Assembly: GCA_946539555.1 (NCBI GenBank)
Contig: CAMNHN010000003.1
Span: 1-39,921 of the forward strand
Length of the DNA: 39,921 nt
Reading direction: 5' to 3'
From: an uncultured Mollicutes bacterium
GTDB lineage: Bacteria > Bacillota_I > Bacilli_A > RFN20 > CAG-826
Program-made: the position numbers and the translations under genes
Notes under the pieces: generated by a model
What the model was told of the DNA's origin: nothing
Databases searched by the model: none
What the model saw: only the letters and a program-made list of their open reading frames with translations
Shown here: positions 10,145 to 20,572 of the stretch, one piece after another
Layout of the letters: the number at the start of each line of letters is the position of its first letter
Numbering within the stretch: the first letter of the stretch is position 1

Positions 10145-12214
10145 ATGGCTAGAGAGTACGACTTACAACATACCAGAAATATCGGTATCATGGCTCACAT
10201 TGATGCTGGTAAAACAACATGTACAGAACGTATCTTATATTTCACACATAAGATTCATAAAATTGGTGAAACACACGAAGGTGCTGCCACCATGGACTGG
10301 ATGGTTCAAGAACAAGAAAGAGGTATCACAATTACTAGTGCTGCCACAACTTGTTTCTGGAAAGAACATAGATTAAACATTATCGACACTCCAGGGCACG
10401 TAGACTTTACAGTTGAAGTTGAACGTTCACTTAGAGTTCTTGATGGTGCTGTCACAGTTCTTGATGGAAAAAACGGTGTTGAACCACAAACAGAAACAGT
10501 TTGGAGACAAGGTACAAAATATGGAGTTCCTAGAATTGTCTTTGTTAATAAACTTGATGCAATTGGTGCTGATTTCGAAATGAGTTGGAAATCAATTCAT
10601 GAAAAATTAGGTGCTAATGCAAAACCAGTTCAAATTCCAATCGGTATATCAAGTGAACTTAAAGGTGTCATTGATATCATTAAAAGAGAAGCTTGGGATT
10701 TCACTGATGCAAATAACCCAAAATTAATTCCAATGCCAGAAGAATATGCTGATAAAGTAGAACTTCTTAGAATGGAATTAATCGAAGATTTAGCAGGATT
10801 TGATGATGATTTCATGATGAAAGTTTTAGATGGAGAAGATCCAACTGTTGAAGAAATTAAAGCAGTCATCAGAAAAGCCACAATTAGCGGTGAATTCCAC
10901 CCAGTATTCTGTGGTTCAGCTTATAAAAACAAAGGTATTCAATTGTTACTTGATGGTATTATTGATTACCTCCCATCACCACTTGATATTTCTCCAGCAA
11001 AAGGAAATAAAGAAAATGGTGAAGAATATTCATGTGTTCCAGCAGACAATCAACCAATGGTTGGTTTAGCATTCAAAATTGCTACTGATCCATATGTTGG
11101 TCGTTTAGCTTATGTTCGTGTTTATTCAGGTATCCTTAAATCAGGAAGCTATGTTGAAAACACAAACAAAGGAATCAAAGAAAGAATTGGTCGTTTAGTT
11201 TTAATGCATTCAAATCACAGAGAAGAAGTCGAAGCACTTCATGCTGGTGAAATCGGTGCAATTATTGGTCTTAAAAATACCACAACAGGTGAGACACTCT
11301 GTCAAGAAGGTCTTGGAGTCATCTTAGAGAAGATGGAATTCCCAGAACCAGTTATTGAAGAAGCTGTCGAACCAAAAACAAAAGGCGATCAAGAAAAAAT
11401 GAGTATTGCTTTAGCTAAACTTGCTGAAGAAGACCCAACATTTAAAGTTCATACGTCAGAAGATAGTGGTCAAACAATTATCGCTGGTGTTGGTGAATTA
11501 CACCTTGATATTATCGTTGATAGATTAAGAAGAGAATTCAATGTCCAAGTCAACGTTGGTAAACCACAAGTCGGATATAGAGAAACAATTAGATGTGAAG
11601 GCGATTGTGAAGGCAAATATATCAGACAATCCGGTGGTAGAGGTCAATATGGTCACGTCATTATTGATTTTGAACCAAATCCAGGCAAAGGTTTTGAATT
11701 CGTAAATGCTGTTGTTGGTGGTACAGTTCCAAAAGAATATATTAAACCAACTCAAGATGGTCTTGTCGATGCTCTTCAAAGAGGTTTAATCGCTGGTTAT
11801 CCAGTTATTGACATCAAAGCTACATTACATGATGGTTCTTACCATGATGTTGATAGTAGTGAAGCAGCCTATAAAATCGCAGCAAGTATGGCTTTAAAAG
11901 AAGCTGCTAAAAAATGTGATCCTGTCATCTTAGAACCAATCATGAAGATTGAAGTTACAGTCCCAGAACAATATTATGGTGATGTAATTGGTGATATCTC
12001 TAGACGTAGAGGTAATATGACCGGAGAAAGCCAAAGAGGAAATGCTAAAATCGTTGAAGCCGAAGTTCCACTTTCAGAAATGTTTGGTTACGTTACAGAT
12101 TTAAGATCATTTACTCAAGGTAGAGGAAGCTACTCAATGTCATTTGATCATTTCGGTGAATGTCCAAGATTCATTCAAGACGAAATCATCAAAAAAGTTG
12201 GTGGCGCCAAGTAA
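10145..12214 (+). CDS. fusA: Elongation factor G
   Basis: [47 protein letters not shown]. Confidence 0.99.
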   Translation: MAREYDLQHTRNIGIMAHIDAGKTTCTERILYFTHKIHKIGETHEGAATMDWMVQEQERGITITSAATTCFWKEHRLNIIDTPGHVDFTVEVERSLRVLDGAVTVLDGKNGVEPQTETVWRQGTKYGVPRIVFVNKLDAIGADFEMSWKSIHEKLGANAKPVQIPIGISSELKGVIDIIKREAWDFTDANNPKLIPMPEEYADKVELLRMELIEDLAGFDDDFMMKVLDGEDPTVEEIKAVIRKATISGEFHPVFCGSAYKNKGIQLLLDGIIDYLPSPLDISPAKGNKENGEEYSCVPADNQPMVGLAFKIATDPYVGRLAYVRVYSGILKSGSYVENTNKGIKERIGRLVLMHSNHREEVEALHAGEIGAIIGLKNTTTGETLCQEGLGVILEKMEFPEPVIEEAVEPKTKGDQEKMSIALAKLAEEDPTFKVHTSEDSGQTIIAGVGELHLDIIVDRLRREFNVQVNVGKPQVGYRETIRCEGDCEGKYIRQSGGRGQYGHVIIDFEPNPGKGFEFVNAVVGGTVPKEYIKPTQDGLVDALQRGLIAGYPVIDIKATLHDGSYHDVDSSEAAYKIAASMALKEAAKKCDPVILEPIMKIEVTVPEQYYGDVIGDISRRRGNMTGESQRGNAKIVEAEVPLSEMFGYVTDLRSFTQGRGSYSMSFDHFGECPRFIQDEIIKKVGGAK

Positions 12215-12321
12215 AAATTAATTCAATATATATCTTTAGATATTTATTGATTAACTAAAGAAAATTTAATAAAATATTTTCATTGCAAAGCTATTTAATA
12301 ATTAGGAGGAAAAATTACTTT

Positions 12322-13506
12322 ATGGCAAAAGAAAAATTTGATAGAAGTAAGGTCCATATGAACATTGGTACCATCGGCCACGTCGACCATGGTAAAACAA
12401 CCTTAACAGCAGCTATCACACACGTTCTTGCAAAAGCAGGCTTATCAAAAGTCATGGACTACGATCAAATTGACGCAGCTCCAGAAGAAAAAGCAAGAGG
12501 TATCACGATTAATACAGCTCACATCGAGTACCAAACAGCAAAAAGACACTATGCACACGTTGACTGTCCAGGGCACGCAGACTATGTTAAAAACATGATT
12601 ACTGGTGCTGCTCAAATGGATGGTGCTATCTTAGTCGTCGCTGCTACAGATGGTGTTATGCCACAAACAAGAGAACACATCTTACTTGCTAGACAAGTTG
12701 GTGTTCCATATATCGTTGTTTTCTTAAACAAAACAGACTTAGTTGATGACCCAGAATTAATTGACTTAGTTGAAATGGACGTCAGAGACTTATTAAGTAA
12801 ATATGGTTTCCCAGGCGATGAAGTACCAATCATCCGTGGTTCAGCAAGAAAAGCTCTTGATGGTGATCCAGAAGCAGAAAAAGCAATTCTTGAATTAATG
12901 GATGCTGTTGATAGCTACTTCCCAGATCCAACAAGAGATGTTGATAAACCATTCTTAATGCCTATCGAAGACGTTATCACAATTACAGGTCGTGGTACCG
13001 TTGTTACAGGTAGAGTCGAAAGAGGTCAAGTTAAATTAGGTGACCCAGTTGAAATCGTCGGTATCAGACAAACAAAGAGTTCAGTCGTTACAGGTATCGA
13101 AATGTTCAGAAAAACACTTGATTACGCCGAAGCAGGTGACAATGCTGGTGTCTTATTAAGAGGTGTTGCTAGAGACGAAGTTATCCGTGGTCAAGTTTTA
13201 GCTAAACCAGGATCAATCACACCACACTCAAAATTCACCTGCCAATGCTACATTCTTACAAAAGAAGAAGGTGGTAGACATACAGCTTTCTTAAGCAACT
13301 ACAGACCACAATTCTTCTTCCACACAACAGATATCACTGGTACAATTACTCTTCCAGCAGGAACAGATATGGTTATGCCAGGTGATAACGTTACATTCAC
13401 AGTTGAATTAATTCACCCAGTCGCAGTCGAAAAAGGTACACAATTCTCCATCCGTGAAGGTGGTAGAACAGTTGGTGCTGGTACTGTTGCTGAAATCATC
13501 AAATAG
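12322..13506 (+). CDS. tuf: Elongation factor Tu
   Basis: MAKEKF start after SD AGGAGG; [29 protein letters not shown]. Confidence 0.99.
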   Translation: MAKEKFDRSKVHMNIGTIGHVDHGKTTLTAAITHVLAKAGLSKVMDYDQIDAAPEEKARGITINTAHIEYQTAKRHYAHVDCPGHADYVKNMITGAAQMDGAILVVAATDGVMPQTREHILLARQVGVPYIVVFLNKTDLVDDPELIDLVEMDVRDLLSKYGFPGDEVPIIRGSARKALDGDPEAEKAILELMDAVDSYFPDPTRDVDKPFLMPIEDVITITGRGTVVTGRVERGQVKLGDPVEIVGIRQTKSSVVTGIEMFRKTLDYAEAGDNAGVLLRGVARDEVIRGQVLAKPGSITPHSKFTCQCYILTKEEGGRHTAFLSNYRPQFFFHTTDITGTITLPAGTDMVMPGDNVTFTVELIHPVAVEKGTQFSIREGGRTVGAGTVAEIIK

Positions 13507-13525
13507 TTTTAACTACTTGAATATC

Positions 13526-13555
13526 AAAAAGAGCTATCGTAAGATAGTTCTTTTT
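13526..13555 (+). terminator. Intrinsic terminator after tuf
   Basis: AAAAAGAGCTATC-gtaa-GATAGTTCTTTTT. Confidence 0.85.
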
Positions 13556-13580
13556 ATACGCCCGAAAAGAGTATAAAAGA

Positions 13581-13609
13581 TTGCTAAAACCTAGCAAAAA
13601 TCATATAAT
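13581..13609 (+). promoter_or_regulatory. Sigma-A promoter of the MgtC-family gene, with a dyad over the -35
   Basis: TTGCTA-17 bp-TATAAT; inverted repeat TTGCTA-aaacc-TAGCAA; ATG 7 nt after the -10. Confidence 0.6.
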
Positions 13610-13616
13610 TTATAGC

Positions 13617-14369
13617 ATGAAAACAATAGATCAAGTAATTGCCGATAAATTGGGCAATTGGTATATTGGCGATTGGCCAATTGGTAATTTTATTTTATGC
13701 ACAATCTCACTTTTGCTTTGTGTTATTTTGTGTGGAGCAATAGGTATTGAAAGAGAAAAGCGTGGAAGAAGCGCAGGATTAAGAACTCACTTACTTGTTG
13801 GTGTTGGCTCTTGTATAGTTATGATTATCTCTATTTATGGTTTCCCAACAATTTATGTTGATGGAACAGTAATGAATAGAGATATAGCCCGTCTTGCTGC
13901 TCAAATTGTTAGTGGTATTGGTTTTTTAGGCGCAGGTGCTATTATTCATAAAAATGCAGGCACAAAAGGGTTAACAACAGCTGCATCAATTTGGATTGTT
14001 ATGGCTATAGGTCTTGCTTGTGGTTCTTTCAACTTTATTCTTGCAATTGGTGGTACAGTTTTAATTATTTTAGTTTTAACTGTCTTTATTAAAATTGAAA
14101 ACCGCATTATTAAAAAGAATCCATTATTTATCATTCATTCAACGATTGATTCACCTGTTGCTGGAAAGATTATTGAAATCACTAATAAGTACAATTCAAA
14201 GATTGAAAATTTGAAAAGCGAAATTGATGATGAAGGCATTTTAGAAATCACTTTTTATGTATTATCAAACGCACAAAATTTTGATCCTAATATCATTTCT
14301 ACTGAAATTAGTTCAATTGAAGGCGTTAAAGATGTGCAAATTTTAAATAATGCTAAAAAGGTTAGATAA
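13617..14369 (+). CDS. MgtC/SapB family membrane protein with C-terminal ACT-like domain
   Basis: IGIERE..GRSAGLRTH, RLAAQIVSGIGFLGAG, GLTTAASIW. Confidence 0.92.
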   Translation: MKTIDQVIADKLGNWYIGDWPIGNFILCTISLLLCVILCGAIGIEREKRGRSAGLRTHLLVGVGSCIVMIISIYGFPTIYVDGTVMNRDIARLAAQIVSGIGFLGAGAIIHKNAGTKGLTTAASIWIVMAIGLACGSFNFILAIGGTVLIILVLTVFIKIENRIIKKNPLFIIHSTIDSPVAGKIIEITNKYNSKIENLKSEIDDEGILEITFYVLSNAQNFDPNIISTEISSIEGVKDVQILNNAKKVR

Positions 14370-14390
14370 GAAAAATAAGCTTAAAAAACA

Positions 14391-14420
14391 AAAAGAGAAT
14401 GTGAAATTCTCTTTTATTTT
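14391..14420. terminator. Bidirectional terminator between MgtC-family gene and mtnN
   Basis: AAAAGAGAAT-gtgaa-ATTCTCTTTT, with A- and T-rich flanks. Confidence 0.7.
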
Positions 14421-14505
14421 TTGCTAAATTTTGAAAATGTGCAAACTACTAAAAAACTACTAATTTTTAAAAATAATTGAGTTTTGCAGACTTTTTATTT
14501 AGATA

Positions 14506-15186
14506 TTACAATAATTTTATAATTTGAGTTAAGATTTCAAAAGTAATTCCAGCAGATTCATCTACCATTTTATAATATTCATCAAGGCCGCCGTTTTTAG
14601 AATCAGATACACCTTTGATAAAAATAGATCTACAATTGTGTTTTAAAGATGCTATTAAAATCCCTAATGATTCCATCTCACATATTAAACATCCAAAATT
14701 ATCATGTAGATAATCTTTGAATTTTGGTTCTGTCAAAAATTTATTTCCAGAAGCACAAGTAACATGAGGTATATTAGGGAAATTCTTTTTTACTAGTTCA
14801 AGTAAATCTTTTGATGGAATTAAATAAGTTGAATCAAAATCTTGATGATAGCCCAGTGGAGTGCCATCAAGTTCTTTTAAATCTAATTCATAATCAAAAA
14901 TTTTATCGATAATAACTGTACTATTTAAATCTAGGTCATCAACTAAACTTCCAACAACACCATAATTTATAATGGTATCTACTCCATATTTATCAATTAA
15001 ATGTTGTGTAGCAAGAGCAGAATTAATTTCGCCAATTCCACAATTTATCGCATATATTTCTTTGCCTTCTAAAATTATTTTAAATAAAGGAAAAGGAACT
15101 TGCTCAAGTTTGATATTATCAATATTCCTAAACTTGAATATAGCTTGGAACTCGTTTTTTGTTGCCACAACTAGACCTAATTTCAT
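14506..15186 (-). CDS. mtnN: 5'-methylthioadenosine/S-adenosylhomocysteine nucleosidase
   Basis: CGIGEINSA, IINYGVVGSL, CEMES, KGVSD (PNP/UDP family, Pfs type). Confidence 0.8.
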   Translation of the reverse strand: MKLGLVVATKNEFQAIFKFRNIDNIKLEQVPFPLFKIILEGKEIYAINCGIGEINSALATQHLIDKYGVDTIINYGVVGSLVDDLDLNSTVIIDKIFDYELDLKELDGTPLGYHQDFDSTYLIPSKDLLELVKKNFPNIPHVTCASGNKFLTEPKFKDYLHDNFGCLICEMESLGILIASLKHNCRSIFIKGVSDSKNGGLDEYYKMVDESAGITFEILTQIIKLL

Positions 15187-15268
15187 ACAATTAATTCCTC
15201 TAAAAACTTATTTTTAAATGAAAACGACTCTAAAATTATAGCAGTTTTTATGGTATTATAAAATAAGT

Positions 15269-16450
15269 ATGAAAGTAGGAATTATCGGTCAAGGACAAGC
15301 AGGTTTAGTGCTTGCGATTATGTTAAAAAAGAATATCAAAGATGTTGATATAACGATTATTGATAAAAACCAAATTGCTGGTAAAAAATTATTAGCAACA
15401 GGTAATGGAAGATGTAATCTTGCTAATTTGAAAATTAAAGAAAATTCATATAATTCAAAAGAAGCTTTAAAAATTGTAAAAGATTTTGATGCAAAGAAGC
15501 AAATCGAGTTTTATAAAAGCATTGGTATAATGACAAGGTCTTTAAATGATTTAGTTTATCCATTTTCTTTAAGTGCTAAAAATTATGTCGATTATTTAAT
15601 TAGATATATAAAAGAATTAAAAATTAAATTAATAAATAATGAAATAGTTAAAAGCTATGAAAGTAGTGAAAGCAAAGTAAAAGTTACTACTAATAAAAAA
15701 GTTTTTGTATTCGATTATTTAATTTTCGCTACAGGAAATGAAAGCGCACCTCAATTAGGTGGAGATCCATCCATTTTAAATATTTTGAAAAAACATGGAT
15801 ACATTATAAAAGAGAATAAACCTGGTTTGTGTCCAATTAGAACAATTGAGCAAACTAAAAATATTGAAAATGAAAGATGGAAATGTAAAGTAAGCTTAAC
15901 AGTCGACAAAGAAAAAGTATATGAAGAAGATGGTGAAGTATTGTTTAAAAAAGATGGTTTAAGTGGTATTGCTATTTTTAATTGCGCTTCTTTAATCGCA
16001 AGAAATAGAAAATTTAAGAAAGCTTCAATTAGTTTAGACTTAATGCCAGAACTATCAATAAGTGAAGTAGAAAAGGTTTTTTTTGATATGAATTTTGTGT
16101 CTAAAGAATCTTTCTTATATGGAATTTTTACTAAACCTATGGCTTCATATATTCATTATATAGCGAATGTTAAAAATCCTTTTAGATATACAAACACAGA
16201 AATTAAGAAGATTGCTAAGGCAGTAAAAGAATTAACTTTTAATTATAAAGAAAGTTATGATTTTAAAGATTGCCAAGTTGCTATCGGTGGTTTAGAATTT
16301 GAAAATTTAAATTCAAATTTATTCTCAAAAATTGAAAATAATGTAGGATTTGCTGGGGAATTGTTAAATGCAGACGGTTTATGTGGTGGTTTTAATCTAA
16401 TGTTTGCAACTGCAACAGCAAATAAGATTTGTGATTATTTATTAAAATAA
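15269..16450 (+). CDS. HI0933/BaiN-like flavoprotein
   Basis: Rossmann IIGQGQAGL, GKKLLATGNGRCN, GELLNADGLCGGFNL. Confidence 0.9.
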   Translation: MKVGIIGQGQAGLVLAIMLKKNIKDVDITIIDKNQIAGKKLLATGNGRCNLANLKIKENSYNSKEALKIVKDFDAKKQIEFYKSIGIMTRSLNDLVYPFSLSAKNYVDYLIRYIKELKIKLINNEIVKSYESSESKVKVTTNKKVFVFDYLIFATGNESAPQLGGDPSILNILKKHGYIIKENKPGLCPIRTIEQTKNIENERWKCKVSLTVDKEKVYEEDGEVLFKKDGLSGIAIFNCASLIARNRKFKKASISLDLMPELSISEVEKVFFDMNFVSKESFLYGIFTKPMASYIHYIANVKNPFRYTNTEIKKIAKAVKELTFNYKESYDFKDCQVAIGGLEFENLNSNLFSKIENNVGFAGELLNADGLCGGFNLMFATATANKICDYLLK

Positions 16451-16455
16451 GTTAT

Positions 16456-16911
16456 TTATAAATCAATTTCTTTAAACTCGTATTTTACGAGTTTTTTATT
16501 TTCTATGGTCAAAATTAAATAAGATCCTTTTGACCCATCTCTTGGTCTAGTAAGGCTACCAGGATTAAAAATATATGTATTTTTTACTTTATTTGCCAAC
16601 TTAATATGAGTATGGCCGAAAAGAAAAATATCACATTTTAAGTCTTCGATATATTTAGAAGGATTCATCTGAAATTTAAATCCGTCTCCATGTTCCATAT
16701 GAATTTTTAAGCCATCGATTTCAATATCTTTTGTTTTTGGGAAATCTGCATAATCACAATTTCCTTTAACGGTTGAGTAATCATTCATTAAGTATTCTGG
16801 TAATTCAGAATCACCGAGATGCAAAAAATAATCGCATGTTGCGTTTTGGTAATACAAATCTTTTAATAAAGAAACATTTCGATGAGTGTCACTAACGATT
16901 AATATTTTCAT
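16456..16911 (-). CDS. YfcE/YsnB-type metallophosphoesterase
   Basis: SDTH, HLGD, VKGNCD, GHTH, NPGS motifs. Confidence 0.9.
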   Translation of the reverse strand: MKILIVSDTHRNVSLLKDLYYQNATCDYFLHLGDSELPEYLMNDYSTVKGNCDYADFPKTKDIEIDGLKIHMEHGDGFKFQMNPSKYIEDLKCDIFLFGHTHIKLANKVKNTYIFNPGSLTRPRDGSKGSYLILTIENKKLVKYEFKEIDL

Positions 16912-17172
16912 AACATCTAATATTATAAAATGTAAATTGTAATTTTGAATGCACTATATAATTTTGCATAATTAATTTAATTTATTTTGTTTTTTAGCAA
17001 ATACACAATTGAAAAATTTTTAAATTTTTAAAACTTATTGTTACAAATCTACTTTGAAAGCCTTTCATATATCGATAGTATGCTGCTTATAGAATTCAGT
17101 AAAAATGGCAAGAAATTGAATTGTATATTAAAAATTATACTAATATTGCTTTTAATATTTATAATATAAGTA

Positions 17173-17577
17173 ATGAAAAAGAAAATCCGATTATCATCGA
17201 ATGAGTTTTATAGGGAAAGTATATTTCTTCTTCCTTTTTTGGTAACGATTATGATAATTACATATTTTTATATTCTGAAAATATTTCTGATGTCGAATTG
17301 AACTTATATTTAGACAAAATTGATTATGGAAAAAAGAAATTATATTAAATTTAATGAATTGATTTTAATTGATATTTTAATGCTTGTAAGGTTTTCAAAT
17401 AACGATGATATTAAGTTCTTTTCTAGTTTGATAAATTCAAAGTATCTATACTTGAATATTGGTGATAATTCGGTAGGAATTGGATTTAAAAATGAACAAA
17501 TACCTAAGAATTCGACTGAAGAAGCGTTTGATACTTTTGTTGAATTTCTAGGTCAAAAGGCGATTCTGTTTTTGTAA
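17173..17577 (+). pseudogene. Probably disrupted hypothetical gene; 17320-17577 is its intact 3' part
   Basis: ATG 17173 (TATAAT 7 nt upstream) shares a frame with ORF 17320. The segment between the T6 and A6 runs reads open in another frame. Confidence 0.45.
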
Positions 17578-17592
17578 GAAAATAGAGAGATT

Positions 17593-18477
17593 TTGAAGAT
17601 TGAGGTTTATATAGAGAATTCAATTAATTTTTTCATTAATTATAAAAAGGAATGCTTGAAATTATCAAAAAGGAAGAAGACATTTTTTGATAACATTAAA
17701 TTCAATCGAATTGATAATTATTCTTATTATTATTTCGAATCTACTTTAAATCGTATAAAAATAAAGGAAAGTGTCATATTGATAAAACATAAATGTTATT
17801 TAAAACTTGCCTTATTTGATTATAATAATCTAACTAAGTCTTTATGCAGTCTACAAAAGTTAATTTGTTTTTATAATGAATCTAGCGATTTGGAAAAATT
17901 AGAATTAATGTGTTTGATAAACACCTATTACTTAGGATTTATTATATATTGCATGAGAGAATACAATATATCTGATAAAGCGTTGTTTACTGTAACAGAT
18001 CTCAATAACAACTATTTGTTTTCCCATTTATATAAGTCGATTGATGATTTTGTCTTTAATTTTATAAAAAATGTTAATTCTTTTAACGAAAAAGAATATA
18101 TTGTGAAAATTGATTTATTTGAACACTTTTTATATTCTTCAATATATGCTTTTGAACTTAGTGAATCTAAGCTTTTAAAAGATTTAGATAAGTATAATAT
18201 TAAACTTCATTTTAGATTTAATTATAATTCGTATTTTACTAAAATAATTAAGGATAAAAAAATCGATTTAACAATTGGAAAGAACTTTAAAATCTATGAG
18301 TTAAATGAATCAACTGAATTTATTAATGAAATTTTGCGATGGAATAAACTTAATATTTCTGAAGATGAAATTATATTGCGAGCTGCTTATTTAATTTTGT
18401 TGATTAAGAAAAATTCAAATCAAGTCGCAAAAAAAGAAATTTTGCACATTAATAAGAAGACTTCCATCAGAGCTTAA
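17593..18477 (+). CDS. Hypothetical protein (very AT-rich, TTG start)
   Basis: 294-codon ORF rich in F/Y/I/K/N; no recognised motif. Confidence 0.65.
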   Translation: MKIEVYIENSINFFINYKKECLKLSKRKKTFFDNIKFNRIDNYSYYYFESTLNRIKIKESVILIKHKCYLKLALFDYNNLTKSLCSLQKLICFYNESSDLEKLELMCLINTYYLGFIIYCMREYNISDKALFTVTDLNNNYLFSHLYKSIDDFVFNFIKNVNSFNEKEYIVKIDLFEHFLYSSIYAFELSESKLLKDLDKYNIKLHFRFNYNSYFTKIIKDKKIDLTIGKNFKIYELNESTEFINEILRWNKLNISEDEIILRAAYLILLIKKNSNQVAKKEILHINKKTSIRA

Positions 18478-18509
18478 ATGTTAAATTGATATATAAATTA
18501 TAGAAATGA

Positions 18510-18922
18510 AATACATTAGAAAATAATAAGTTTTTTATTATAAAGGTTATAATATATTATCCTGAAAACGAATTTGAAAAACGTTTTGAAGCTTTAACAA
18601 AATATGTCGAATTTATTGAAAAAGCCTGCAAAACTCATATCAAAATTATAAAAGATACATATAATCATGATGAATTTATATGTGATTTACTACCTTTTAA
18701 AGGCGAAGAAGAAGGTGGACATAGATGTAAAATTTGTATTGAAAAACGTTTTAAAAGAACATTTGATTTTGCTTTATCTAATGGGTTTAAATATGTTACA
18801 ACAGTAATGAGTATATCAAGAAATAAAGATGTAGAGTATCTAAATATGCTAGGAGAAGAACTTGCTAAAAATATAAAAATCTAACATATGTACATGCAGA
18901 TTTTAAAAAGAATACTGGTTAA
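18510..18922 (+). pseudogene. queH: Epoxyqueuosine reductase QueH remnant
   Basis: Translates YPENEFEKR...EEEGGHRCKIC...R...TTVMSISRNK, then after a frameshift near 18870 YVHADFKKNTG*. No start codon, no N-terminal CCxPC, no C-terminal YRQxYCGC. Confidence 0.8.
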
Positions 18923-19012
18923 TTTTTTTCGCGCGAACCCTATTAATAAATATTAATGAAAAAATTAAACTAAATATTTATTTCTTAAATTAAATATTTA
19001 TAATTAATACGA

Positions 19013-20521
19013 ATGAAAAAAGAAGAAAAAGAATTACAGCGCAAAACACCCTATATTGATGCCTATAAAAAATATATTCAAGATAAGAATATTGTTTTTG
19101 ATGTCCCTGGGCATCATCAAGGCAAAATCAGAACTGATTTTGATAAATTATTTAATCATGAAGTATATAAAAAAGATGTAAATTGCCCTAGAGGAATGGA
19201 TAATTACATGCATCCAACAGGAGCAATCAAAGAAGCCCAAGATCTTTTTGCTAAAGCTTGTAATGCAGATTATGCAAAATTTTTGCTTAACGGATCAACA
19301 TCTGGAAATTTGATTATGCTTTTAAGCGCATTAAAAGCGAACGAGAAAGTCCTTTTACCTCGTAATGTTCATAAATCAGTTATTAATGGCTTAATTTTAA
19401 GTGGCGCTATTCCAATTTTTATTCTTCCTCATATTGATAGTGAAACTGAAGTGGCTAATCAACCAACTTTAAAAGAGTGGAAAGAAGCAATTGATAACAA
19501 TCCTGATATTAAAGCTATTTTTGTAATTAATCCAACATATTTTGGGGCAACTTGTGATTTAAAGAAATTAGTTGAATATGCTCATAAGAAAAATATCGTA
19601 GTTTTAGTTGATGAAGCTCATGGCACTCATTTTTATTTTTCAAAGAAATGCCCAATCTCTGCAATGGATGCAGGAGCGGATATGTCTACATTATCTGTCC
19701 ATAAAACTGGGGGAAGCTTAACTCAATCGAGTGTTTTACTTGTTAAAGGAAATAGAGTTCCTCATTATGAAGTTATTAAAGCTTTTAATTTAATCACTAC
19801 AACATCACCAAGTTCAATTCTTTTAGCAAGTCTTGATGCAGCAAGAAAATATTTAGTATTTAAAGGAAGTAGACAAATATATAACGCGATAAAACTTGCT
19901 AAGCAAGCACGACTAAGAATCAATGAAATTCCTGGATTTAAAGCCCATTCTAAAGACTATTTCACTCAAAAGTGCCACTCTTTTAGTTTTGATGAAACAA
20001 AAGTTTGTGTCGAACTTGATAAACTTTCAATTGATGGATTCGAATTTTATAAGATATTAAAAGATAAATATAATATCCAAATCGAGCTAGCAGAAAAATA
20101 TGTTTTCTTACTTCTTTTTACTATTGGAAGCGAACAAAAAGACGTTGATAAATTGATTGAAGCTTTAAAAGATATCAGCATGAAATATTATGATGAAGGA
20201 GTAAGTTACGATTCACCTCACTATATGACTAGCTTCCCAAAAATGAAGATTAGACCTAGAGTCGCTTTCCATGCTCCTTTAAAAGTAGTTGAACTTGACG
20301 ATTCGCTTAATATGATTTCAAAAGAAATGGTTATGGTTTATCCTCCAGGAATTCCAATCATTGTTCCAGGTGAAATTATTTCTAAGGAAGTAATCAATCA
20401 AATTAAATATTATGAAAAAAGTAAAGCTACAATTCTTTCAGATCGGGATTCAATAAATCAAATAAGTGTAGTTGATGAAGAAAACTGGGATATAGATTTA
20501 GCAGAAAAAAATATTGAATAA
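19013..20521 (+). CDS. Orn/Lys/Arg decarboxylase (fold-type I PLP enzyme)
   Basis: FDVPGH, LNGST, PRNVHKS, DEAHG, SVHKTGGSLTQ (PLP lysine), YPPGIP. Confidence 0.92.
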   Translation: MKKEEKELQRKTPYIDAYKKYIQDKNIVFDVPGHHQGKIRTDFDKLFNHEVYKKDVNCPRGMDNYMHPTGAIKEAQDLFAKACNADYAKFLLNGSTSGNLIMLLSALKANEKVLLPRNVHKSVINGLILSGAIPIFILPHIDSETEVANQPTLKEWKEAIDNNPDIKAIFVINPTYFGATCDLKKLVEYAHKKNIVVLVDEAHGTHFYFSKKCPISAMDAGADMSTLSVHKTGGSLTQSSVLLVKGNRVPHYEVIKAFNLITTTSPSSILLASLDAARKYLVFKGSRQIYNAIKLAKQARLRINEIPGFKAHSKDYFTQKCHSFSFDETKVCVELDKLSIDGFEFYKILKDKYNIQIELAEKYVFLLLFTIGSEQKDVDKLIEALKDISMKYYDEGVSYDSPHYMTSFPKMKIRPRVAFHAPLKVVELDDSLNMISKEMVMVYPPGIPIIVPGEIISKEVINQIKYYEKSKATILSDRDSINQISVVDEENWDIDLAEKNIE

Positions 20522-20524
20522 AAT

Positions 20525-20549
20525 GAATATCTATTTAGATATTCTTTTT
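20525..20549 (+). terminator. Terminator after decarboxylase
   Basis: GAATATCTA-tt-TAGATATTC then TTTTT. Confidence 0.7.
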
Positions 20550-20572
20550 AGTTGTTTTATAATTAATATAAT

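Noticed and set aside
14443-14463. AAACTACTAA tandem repeat
   Set aside because: Two short low-complexity copies between convergent genes; no supportable function.
18928-19000. GCGCGAACCC as a CRISPR leader start, and twin TAAATATTTA palindromes as an operator
   Set aside because: No repeat-spacer array or cas genes follow, and the A/T-only palindromes are expected by chance at this composition.
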